Below, piece by piece: positions 53,555 to 64,000 of a DNA stretch of 64,000 bases. The position numbers were made by a program, and so were the translations under genes. Each line of letters starts with the position of its first letter. The stretch's first letter is position 1. The stretch covers positions 434,001 through 498,000 of the forward strand of contig JAVHYY010000112.1 of the NCBI GenBank assembly GCA_035221665.1. The letters are read 5' to 3'. The notes under the pieces were generated by a model. The model was not told the origin of the DNA and ran no database searches. It saw only the letters and a list, made by a program, of their open reading frames with translations. This stretch comes from Okamejei kenojei (lineage: Eukaryota).

Positions 53555-56500
53555 ACGTTGGTGTCGGATACGGAAGGTAGATTTGATTTTACAATTTCTG
53601 CTGCAATTGGAGCTCTTGTTATGTCTTAGTGGGCACACTTTCTGGATGAATAGTATACTCTACCCTGCAGGGTTTTTTTTTTATAATGGAAGGTGCAGAG
53701 AAACATATAGGGAAGTAAATTATTCGGGATAGGAGATAAAGTTACATACCCGGAAAGGAAAAGAGTTAACGTTCGATACCGATTATTATTCCTCCGCATT
53801 GGGGAATAGCGTATTACATTTATTTCTAGCAATGCATTTATTCTCACGCCGTGAACGTGGCGGCGCTATATAAAGAAGAATAACATTATTTTTTTGGAGA
53901 AACCGTCGACGAAAACGTAGCGCTTTATTTACGTTCTTGTGATGGTGGTGCGCCCTTTTGGCTGGGCAGCAAATGCTCAGGAATAGCAAACACCAGCATT
54001 GGACATTTAAAATTCGAGATGTATTCGAACATGAAAGGTTGCTGAGAAGGCATAGACATAGTGCACGACTTATGTAGGTACCAAGAAGGAATCGCCCGAC
54101 ATATTGAATGTTCCTCGATTTTTTTTCCTCAAACGAGTCCGACGAGTAATTGCTCGCAATTATGCCACGATGTTTAAATCAGGCAACTGGTAAGCAACAC
54201 TACTGCGCTCATTCGGTTTAGTGCTACCGGACTGTGTATCTTGCACGTGCCTAAACCCAATGCCCTAATGCGTCATCATAATTGTAACCTCACGATCCAG
54301 AGGTACAGAGCGGATATGATACAACGTCGATACTTTTGGTGACATATGTGAATCAGTTAAGTTGTTAATTAAGCAATCATTCTGTAACTGCATTCATTTC
54401 CCTCTGGTCAATGGTTACTGCACTCGCACCATGCACCTGCGTCAGCGTAGTCAATGTTGCACAATCCGCTGGGTCATTCTGATATGTTCTGATTTTATTT
54501 AAGGTTGCATCTGCAACAGTTCAGTTTTGTCTTAACATCTCACGGTTAATTGTCTTAGCATCTTCTCGGCTGCTGCCCCAGTGCGCCAGAGACGCGAATT
54601 CAAACGTGACCTCACGAGCAGTCTGTGTGCTCTTCCCATATTTTCGCCGTGAAGGCGTGGTTTTCGTTTGCATGTTGCGATTTCACACACATAGCCAAGA
54701 TATGCGGGTTTGTTGGCGGCGCCATGGTCTAAGTCAGTAGGAGTGCGTCAATTCAGAGTATTTCTATGGTACTTTATTCTCCTAGAAACAGAGAAACATA
54801 TAAATAAAGAAAATAGGTGCAGGAGGAGGCCATCAGGCCCTTCGAGCCAGCACCGCCATTCATTGTGATCATAGCTTATCGTCCCTAATCAATAACCCGT
54901 GCCTGCCTTCTCCCCATATCCCTTGATTCCACCAGCCCCATAGAGCTCTATCTAACTATCTCTTAAATCCATCATGTTACTTGGACTCCACTGCCCTCTG
55001 TGGCAGGGAATTCCATAAATTCACAACTCTGGGTGAAAATGTTTTTTCTCATCTCAGTCTTAAATGGCCACCCCTTCATTCTAAGACTGTGGCCCCTGGT
55101 TCTGGACTCGCCCAAAAATGGAAACATTTTTCCCTGCATCTAGCTTGTCCTTTCATAATTTTATATGTTTCTATAATATCCCCCCTCATCCCTCTAAACG
55201 CCAGTGAATACAAGACAAGTTTTTTTCAATCTTTCCTCATATGACAGTCCCGCCATGAGGAAGCACGTCCTTGTGAACCTACGCTGCACTGTCTCAATCA
55301 CAAGGACGTGCTTCCTCAAATTAGGAGACTAACACTGTACACAATACTCCAGATGTGGTCTTACCAGAGCTGTATACAAATGCAGAAGAACCTCTTTACT
55401 CCGATACTGAAATCCTCGTGTATAAAGGCCAACATTCCATTAGCTTTCTTCACTGCCTGCTGTAACTGCACGCCAACATTCAGCGACTGGTGTACAAGGA
55501 CACTCAGTTCTCGCTGCACCTCCGCCTTACCTAACCTAACCCAGTTGAGATAATAATCACCCCCCTTGTTCTTGCCGCCAAATTGGATAACCTCACATTT
55601 ATCTATATTATACTCTTGATTAAGCCTTATCTGTTCGTTTAATGTGTTCAAAACTGCTGTTTGCAATCTCCTTGCCGCTTCTCTAAATGTAGTTCCGTTG
55701 ACAAAGTCATTGGTGAATTTCGAATGTCCAATGTCCATGCAAACAAATCAACGGTTGCACTGTAACGACATCACTATTTGCAATCATAATCAAAGGAAGT
55801 CCGGATTAACCCGTGCAGGCTTCATTCATGAAAATCGTTGAATGTGATCTGTTATTTATCAGGCGATAAGCACATGTATATGTTCTTTTCATTCTCTTTC
55901 AGTGAACGTCGTGGCGATCGTGATTCTGTGTCGAGGAAAGTGTGGTCTATCCAAATGCATCACTTGTTACCTACTGGCCATGTCAACGGGGGACCTCTCC
56001 GTTATTTTGTGCAATGTAATTTTGTATCGCGTGGCCGAAATTTATTGGCGGCAATCTTTCTTAGTCAACACTCATGTGTGGAGAATCGTGCACACCCTGG
56101 CTCCCGATCCGTAGACTGCTCTGTCTGGGTCACGGCCTCTTTTACATTTGACCGCTTTGTGGTAATTGCCACGCAGCATCGAAAAACAAAATATTGCACC
56201 GAGAGAACCGCGATGTTGATTATATTCACTCTTTGCGTAGGTTTCTCTCTAAAGAACATTTATTGGGCCTTCGCCTATATTCCATACGACATTCCAAAGG
56301 TGCCGGATCGAGGGTGCCTGATAGCATCACAATTCTATACCCGGACACCATGGATTACATTTTCTTGGACTGAACAGTTGTTAACTCCAGTTATCCCATG
56401 TTGGTTGATTTTGTTGTTCAGCGCGCTCATTATCAGACGCGTTTTAGTGGCTAGCCTGGTCCGCAGAAATCTCCGGGATCTCGGTCATGGAGAGAAAGGA

Positions 56501-56842
56501 AAGGACGAAGAAACGAGAAACCGCAGACGGTCCGTCATTTTACTAATTGCAATCTCCATGAGTTTTGTCCTGCTCTGGTCCGCAACTGTCACACATTTTG
56601 TTAGCTTTCGATTTGTGAGCGCTTTCAAACGTAGGAGTATCAGGAATCTGTTCCCAACATTTGAACAATTTGGGATCATGTTTCAGCTGCTGAGCTCCTG
56701 CACAAACACGGCCATTTACACCGTGACGCAAAATAAATTCATATTAGAGATATTCCTTGCGCACATGTACCTCTGCAGTCTCATGAGGAAATTGGCGAAG
56801 TGGAGAGAAATGGAGAGGAAAATAGACATTATTATTTTGTAA
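53555..56842 (+). pseudogene. GPR139/GPR142-like GPCR, copy 5 (divergent, opposite strand, probably a pseudogene)
   Basis: Exon 2 is 55903-56842 after ttctctttcAG, with a 1-nt frameshift near 56107-56110 joining ORFs 55902-56114 and 55838-56842. TFDRF and NTAIY are present. A candidate degenerate exon 1 at 53555-53618 (..FTISAAIGAL+G) has ACG at the expected start and TTATGT in place of a GT donor. Confidence 0.75.
54785..55615 (-). mobile_element. CR1 LINE 3' fragment in the intron of GPCR copy 5
   Basis: YNIDKCEVIQFGGKN...QRELSVLVHQSL...AVKKANGMLAFI, plus a CR1 3' UTR tail. Confidence 0.85.
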
Positions 56843-57119
56843 CATAGATCGCTATTTCACGCAAAGTGTAGATTTTGTTTCATGAAACACTGTTGGGTTG
56901 AAAAAAAATATGCGGGCTGATTAGCTGATAAAATACATGTTAAAATAACTCAAAAACAAATGTTCACTACCTACTTCAACTATGTATTAAGTTCTCTTTT
57001 GAAACATTGTTCTTCAGCTGCCTTGCCCCTGGCGCGAAGATGGATCGTGCGTTGTTGATGGAATATCTTCTGTCGGCTGTGTTCCAGCGACAGTACCACC
57101 TATCCGGAGAAAGAGGATC

Positions 57120-57520
57120 TTAGAAACAAATAAACATAGAAAATAGGTGCAGGAGTAGGCCATTGGACAGTCTAGAGGCAGGAAACATGATCCCGACGTT
57201 GGGGAGTCCAGAACCACGGGCCACAGTTTAAGAATAAGAGCTAAGCTATTTGGAACGGAGACGAGGATACACTTTTTCACACAGTGAACTGTGAGTCTGT
57301 GGAATTCTCTGCCTCGGACGGCGGTTGAGGCCGGTTCTCTGGATATTTTAAATAGAGAGCTAGATAGGGCTCTCAAAGATAGTGGAATCAAGGGATATGG
57401 GGTAAAGGCAGGAACGGGGTACTGATTGGGGATGATTAACTATGATCACATTGAATGTCGGTGCTGGGTCGAAGATCCGAATGGCCTACACCTGCACCTA
57501 TTGTCTATTGACGATTGTCT
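57120..57520 (+). mobile_element. Short CR1 3' fragments in opposite orientations
   Basis: CR1 3' UTR motifs (gaatggcctacacctgcacctattgtctattg) on the plus strand, preceded by a short inverted 3' tail. Confidence 0.65.
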
Positions 57521-59087
57521 ATACGCGACCTTGTACTCCCATTGCATCGTTTTTTTAAATGTCAATTACGCTTTAACCTTCCAAGATATTAGACCGTGAA
57601 TGTTTTCTATTCGATCGCGTCCACCGCTTCTGGCCATACACTGTAAAGGAAAAAAAAACTGCAGTATCTTACAATCTCCCTTTCTGCCCTGGGAGATTTC
57701 ATTAAATCGATTTACGATGCAGCGGGGGGCAGCAATGATATCCCCCGTCAAGATACGTCTCACGTTTTTATCTTCACCATATATATATCCCCCTGTGGTA
57801 TTTTTTCAAACCGGCGCGGGCGCGTTTTAATCTATCCGAGATGTTAACTCGAACCGCATATTTCCGCAGTAAATCAAAAATTATTAAGTTTTAGTGAGCA
57901 AATAAATATTTGAAAATATGACTGGAGCAATGTATCCAGTGGCAGTACTATTGTGATATGTCTGAGGACAAACGGAGAAAGATTAAATTGAGAAATTATT
58001 ACTTTACGTCGGTCGGTTATATTACAAATATTGGCGACAGTTACGATTTTGTCTCCATCGCGGGTACGATGATCGAAAAAATTATGTGATTAGGACTTAG
58101 CTGATCGTTGAACAGGTAACACACCACTTAGTTGATCGCATGTTGAGCATGGCATTGGTAGCGCTCCATGGAAATATGAAAATATAAGCCCTGATTGAAA
58201 CGCGACGAATACATCATTCGGAGGTGAGAGGTAATGACGTGTATTACGAATATATTTGGAAATGCAATCCATTGAAATACAGAGGGAAAACAGTATAAAT
58301 GGTGTACACGCCGACATCCAATGGAGTCACTGCTAACTTCAGATATCGATTTAGTTGTACCCGTCAACAACTTCCATGACCAATTTCCCATCAATCTAGG
58401 TAATTAATTAACATTATTACTGTACAAATCAACGTGAGACTAGGTTTAGGTGGTGATGTTTGGATGGGTTGGTGGGAAGATTGACAACTGTGGTGCCCGC
58501 TATAAAGGCCGCCTTAACCCAAGAGACGGCATGTCCCTGTGGCAATCTGCACCTCTGCATTTCGGGCCTTGACATCAACATGTCTACTTATAACGTTTGT
58601 AATTATGAATTGTTGATTGATCCCCAAAGTATTTCGCTGCAGATTAGAAACATTAATTCTGACACCCTCCTTCGAAACCCCTCGGTTTTTCGAAAACATT
58701 TTAGTTTTTGGGATTTAATACGCGGCTTGCAAACGTATAAGTGGAAAGGGACCAAGGTGCAGTTTAGAAAACTCTGCCTTAACTATTGAATACACCAAAT
58801 GTACAGCGACTGCGACGAACAATTTCAAAAATGGGATGTCACGGGCAATAGAGCATTGAAAAATATTGGAGCTTCCAAAAGTTGGTATGCAAATCTGGTG
58901 ATAGAGAAGAGGCAGAGGAGATGCAGGGAACATGTTTCCGCGACGCGCCGCATCTAGAACGGCACTGGATTAAGGGACAATATCCTGAAATCAAATCTAG
59001 ACATTTTTACTGAGGTTGGTATCTCTAACATGAACAAACTTGGAGGACCAAATGTGAAGATATTGACAGAAGGATTGTATACATATC

Positions 59088-60680
59088 ATAGAAACATAGA
59101 AACATAGAAAATAGGTGCAGGAGTAGGCCATTCGGCCATTCGAGCCTGCACTGCCTTTCAATATGATAATGGCTGATTATCCAACTGAGTATCGTGCACC
59201 TGCCCTCTTTGCATAACCCCTGATCCCTTTAGCCACAAGGGCCTCATCTAAATCTCGCTTAAATGTAGCCAATGAACTGGCCTCAACTTACTTTCTGTGG
59301 GCAGATAATTCCCAGACCACCCCACTCTCAAGTGTGAAAAAATGTTTTCCCTCATCTCGGTCTAAGTAATAACCCCCTTATCCTTAGACCTGTGACCCCT
59401 TGTTCTGGACCTCCCCAACATCGAAAAACGCCTTCCTGCATCTAGCCTGCTCAACCCCAAGAATGCTGTATAGTTTCTATATGATCCCCCCTCATCTTCT
59501 AAAATTCTAGCCAGTACAAGCCGAGTCTAGTAGTCTTTCATCATATGAAAGTCCGGACATACCAGGAAACAGTCCTGGTGAAACCGTTTCTGTACTCAAC
59601 TCTATGACACTATAATGTATTTCCTCAGATTTTGGAGACAAAACTGTTCCGAAATACTCCTGGTGTGGACTCACCAAAACCTTGTACAACTGCAAATCGA
59701 ACCTCCCTGCTCCTATACTCAAATCTTTCGATATGAATGCCTAAACATTACCATTTGCTTTCGTTCACTGCCTGCTGCACCTGCAAGCCTTACTTTCAAT
59801 GATTGGTGTACCATGACACCCAGTCTCGTTGCATCACCCTTTCCTAAACTCTGGCACAATCAGGTAAATCCACCCTTCTGTTTTTTGCCACAAAAGTGGA
59901 TAACCTCACATTTATCCACATTATACTGCATCTTCCATGCATTTGCCCACTCACCCAGCCTATCCATGTTACCTTGCAGCCTCCTATCATCCTCCTCACA
60001 CCTAACACTACCCCCCAGTTTAGTGTCATCTGCAAAGTTGGAGATGCTGCATTCAATTCCCTCGTCCAAATCATTAATATATATTGTAAATAGCTGGGGT
60101 TCCAGCACTGAGCCTTGCGGTACCCACTAGTCACTGCCTGCCATTCTGAAAATGGCCCGTTTACTCCTACCCTTTGCTTCCTGTCTGCCAGTCAGTTCTC
60201 TATCCACATCAATACTGAACCCCCAATACCGGTGCTTTAAGTTTGTTTACTCATCCTTAGTTGGGACCCTTGTCGACAGCCTTCTGAAAGTCTTGATATA
60301 AAACATCACTGTTTTTCCCTTAAACATACTACTTACTAGAATACACCTCGAAAAAGCAATAGTTTTCGCAGACATGATTACCTTTCGTCAATCCTTGCTG
60401 ACATTGTCCAAAGATTTCACCACTTTCCAAATGTGGTGCTAACCCATCTTCAATAACTGACTCTAGCAGGTTCCCCACTACCAATGTTAGACGAACTGGT
60501 CTGTAATTCCCCGTTTTCTCTCTCCCTCCTTTTTTTAAAATGTGGGGTATTACATTAGCTACCCTCCAAACTCTCAGAACTACTCCCAGAATCTAACACC
60601 CCCCCCCCCCCCCCCCCCACAATTTTTTGGAGTTTTGAAAAATTATCACTAATACATCCACTATTTCTGTGGCTATATCA
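59088..60680 (-). mobile_element. CR1 LINE RT to 3' end, with (CATAGAAA)n tail
   Basis: LFTIYINDLDEGIECSISNFADDTKLGG...YNVDKCEVIHF; many small indels. Confidence 0.88.
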
Positions 60681-61602
60681 AGACAGTATTACGTGTGAAA
60701 CATGTGGCTTCTTCATCAGCGTATTATCACACTGAGCTGTAGCAAACACATTGAAATATATTTTCTTTATCCTATCCGTTTCTCTCCTCAACCTTTGCAA
60801 CTTATGCTGTGGATGTCGGTGAGTCCACCAAAAGGAGTAAGAATAATGTCGCATCGAAATCGGGTCACCAATCTGTCTTGTTCACTCGCTGTCTTTACCA
60901 AGAACGTGTTAAAAATATATATCCATCAGATCACTGACAGCGGAGTGAGTGGTGCACAGTTGCTGCATTGGTATCCAGGTGTAGCACCCGCAGTATATTC
61001 TTTTCCAAAAACCATTACTTACGATCATTCCATAATTGGCGCTGCCTGATGACTCGTTCCAGTCAGACTATTGATTTCGTACACCTGGTAAATGTAATGT
61101 TCCTAGGGAATGTGGTGAATACAACTCATCGAGAGGAAGTCAAGGTGCTTGCTTACAAGTTATTTGATCTTGGACAAGAAGTATATTGCTATGGTTTGAA
61201 ATAAATAAATCGGTTAAAAGTGCCGACGATGGGATATGATCAGATTGCATTCAAACAGCGTAATCTGCAGACAGCGTCTGTGGTAGGAACGGCCCAGTTA
61301 AGGGCAAAACAGTAAAACCAGGTAAAACGTGCATTTGTGTATAACACAAATTGCTAGAGCAATTCAACGAATCAGGAAGCAAATCTGGGTAAAATAGACA
61401 AACGACACTTTGATTGGGTTAAATGTTCAGACGTCGCCTCTTCTTTCTCCCAAAGAGGCTGCCGGACCAGCTGAGATATTTCAACTGTTTGTGTTTCACT
61501 CAGATTCTGGCAAATGCAGTTCCATTTGGAATCAAATGTTCTTTGATGCACTTTCCATTCCCCTGTTTCACCATGACTGCCTGGGGTTGACGCAGAATAT
61601 TA

Positions 61603-62836
61603 TCCTATATAATTAACACTCTAATCTTGGATGTGTGTGTGCGTGTGTGTGTATAATAACATCTGATCGACAAAACGACGCCCTAACGGTAAAACAATTA
61701 CATATTTCTGCAGAGTATTATCCCGTGGAGTCCAACATTTTGTTATCAGCAAAAAATCATGCTTTATTTCTCGAGTAATTTATGCAAATGTTCACAAATC
61801 AGAAATATATGTTTTCGCCGCCCGCTCGCCATGGCCCCGCCCGTTCGAGGCAGCGCCGCCCGCTCAAATGATGCCGCAAATAGGAAAGCCAGCTCCATAA
61901 GCCGGGGGGAACCGGAAACCCCAGTTCCAAAAGGCAGCAAGCTCCGCTCTCCTTATCTCTGCCATCTCCCTTTCCCTGGAGCGTGCAGCATGGAGCAACG
62001 GAACATTGCGATCGGCAAATTGTCCTTCGATGTAACAACCCCTCCTCCCAGGATCTGGATTGAAGCCGCTGACCGTGCAGCACTTGGTTGTCGCCCGCCC
62101 CGCTCTCAGCTGCCAGATCCCCAATCCCCTCGTCCTTCCCCCTCCTCCTCCTCTCCCATCCTCCTCTCCTCCTCCTAACCTCCCCTAAGCCCCTCCTCTT
62201 CTCCCCCTCATCCTCTCCCTTACTCCTCTTCTTGCCGCCCTCCTCCTCTCCACCGCTCTGCTGCCTCGTCCTCCAGCAACCGCTCCCCCGCCCCCTCTCC
62301 CCACGTTTACCCATTCCTCTCTCCCGCCTCCTCCTCCTCCTCCTCCTCCTCTTCCTCTTCTTCCCCTCCTCCTGCTCCTATCCTCCCCTCCTCCTCCTCC
62401 TCTCCACCCCCTCCACCTCTTCCCCCTTTCTCTCCCCCATCCACACCCCCCTGTCTCCCCCTGCTCTCCCCCTCTCCCTCCTTCAACCCACTCTCTCTCC
62501 TCCCCTCTCCCCTCCTTCCCCCACTCTCACCAATCTCACTCCTCTTCCCCCCGCTCCCCCACCTTACCGCCGCCTCCTCATGCCCCTCTCCCCGCTCTCT
62601 CTCCTCCCCCCACTCCCCCTCTCCCACTCCCTCTACCCTCTCACTTCCCCCCTCTTTCCTCTCCCCGCTCTCCCTCTTCTCTCCAATATCATGGCGGGTG
62701 GTTTTTCTGTGGGTGTGGGGCGTGGTTAGTGTGTGTGTGTTGGGGGGTGGTTAGTGTGCGTGTGAGGGCGCTGCCCCCCCCCCACTGCAACAGCGAGTTG
62801 AGGTGACGGGACCCAAACGGTCCCCGCTTGTGTCGT
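61603..62836 (+). mobile_element. Non-autonomous Helitron-like element with C/T-rich low-complexity core
   Basis: Begins A|TCCTATATAATTAA and ends with a degenerate version of the GGGACCC..GGTCCC hairpin seen at 24905. The CTRR end is degraded. Confidence 0.5.
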
Positions 62837-62899
62837 AATTTATAAACTATGTAGTAAACCTAGCAGGTGGTGCCGAAAAACGGCTGCCTCTGCCAACGT

Positions 62900-63208
62900 T
62901 CTGCCAAATGGCCATTCGTGTGTCCAGGCAGCGGGCGGACGATGGTCAGGCTAGAGTCGGCTGCCTGATCCTCTTTCGGGCTTACGTACGTGCACGTGTA
63001 TCCCTGGAGAGAGAACACGCGGTGTCCACGGCGACTCTGGAGGCCTTCCGTCGGCGCTGGTCACCCCGTGGTGTTCAGGGTATTGTGAACAATAATTGTA
63101 ATGTTGTACTATCATTACTTTGTTTTTCATATAGTGCCATTTTTGATTATGTTTTGATGTGTTGTATTATATGATTGTGACGAAGAAAGTTTTTGAAATT
63201 AAAAAAAG
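62900..63208 (+). mobile_element. Tx1-type (L1 superfamily) LINE 3' fragment
   Basis: Peptide LFRAYVRARVSLEREHAVSTATLEAFRRRWSPRG resembles Tx1 ORF2 C-termini; a short A tail follows. Confidence 0.6.
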
Positions 63209-63268
63209 CGAGAGAGAGAGAGAGAGAGCGAGAGCGAGAGAGAGGGAGAGAGAGAGAGAGAGAGAGAG
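63209..63268. repeat. (GA)n microsatellite
   Basis: Direct observation. Confidence 0.95.
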
Positions 63269-63312
63269 TTGCTACGGACATTTGTTTATGCAGCTGCATA
63301 GCGAACGATTCC

Positions 63313-63686
63313 ATATAACCATATAACCATATAACCATATAACAATTAGAGCACGGAAACAGGCCCTCTCGGCCCTTCCAGTCCGTGCCGACCATTTGTT
63401 TTCCCCTAGTCACATCTACCTGCACTCAGACCATACCCCTCCATTCCCTTCACGTCCATATACCTATCCACTTTACTCTTAAATGTTAAAATCGATCCTG
63501 CCTCCACCACTTCTGCTGGAAGCTCATTCCACACAGCCACCACCCTCTGAGTAAAGAGGTTCCCCCTCACGTTACCCCGAAACCTCTGTCCCTTAATTCT
63601 CATGTCATGCCCTCTTGTTTGAATCTTCCCTACCCTCAATGGGAAAAACGTATCCAAGTCAACTCTGTCTATCCCTTTCATCATTT
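63313..63686 (-). mobile_element. CR1 LINE 3' fragment, young subfamily
   Basis: ORF 63406-63684 is nearly identical to 5167-5514; (TAACCATA)n tail. Confidence 0.9.
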
Positions 63687-64000
63687 CCGCCTATTGATTG
63701 TGTAGTAGTCTCCACGCTGCTGACATGTTGAAATAACTAGGACAATAGTCTTTCGCATTTTTAATGTATGGGGCATGGCCTCTGTTTACTTGCAGTATTC
63801 ACTGTTTGAATTCGACAAAGCACCGCATTTTCAATTTGCGTTTTAAAACGAGGAATCTGAATATTAGAAGAGCATTTAATAAGGAAATGATAATGTATCA
63901 AGTTACGGTGAATAAAATGTGATGGCGCAATACGATACAAAATAAAGTTTAATTTAATATATCGGGTATGGTGTAACAGACGCAAAGCTATCTGCAGAAA

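Noticed and set aside
61759-62729. Pro/Leu/Ser- and Gly/Glu-rich ORFs
   Set aside because: Low-complexity C/T tract inside a Helitron-like repeat.

Overview
Vertebrate, repeat-rich genomic DNA. The CR1, Penelope, Rex1 and V-SINE repertoire and the gene content point to a cartilaginous fish, probably a skate or ray (inference). There are two assembly gaps. The window holds a birth-and-death cluster of five two-exon GPR139/GPR142-like class A GPCR genes. Three are intact on the minus strand; two are disabled, one minus and one plus. The ORF track misses each gene's short first coding exon (…EYYYYPILAAIGVP, phase-1 intron), which I located manually. In the middle of the cluster is one apparently intact T-cell receptor alpha/delta-type V gene segment, also largely missed by the ORF track. 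It has an ETS-CRE promoter, a leader exon, a V exon and a 23-bp-spacer RSS. I found no D, J or C segment. About 1.8 kb downstream of its RSS is a 29-bp minisatellite whose unit contains the RSS heptamer. The rest is mostly mobile DNA: a full-length TSD-flanked L1, a CR1 with a twin-priming-like 5' inversion, Penelope-like elements with minimal hammerhead ribozyme cores (including a perfect hairpin insertion), Rex1, L2 and Tx1 fragments, SINEs and non-autonomous Helitron-like elements. There is also a tRNA-Glu pseudogene.
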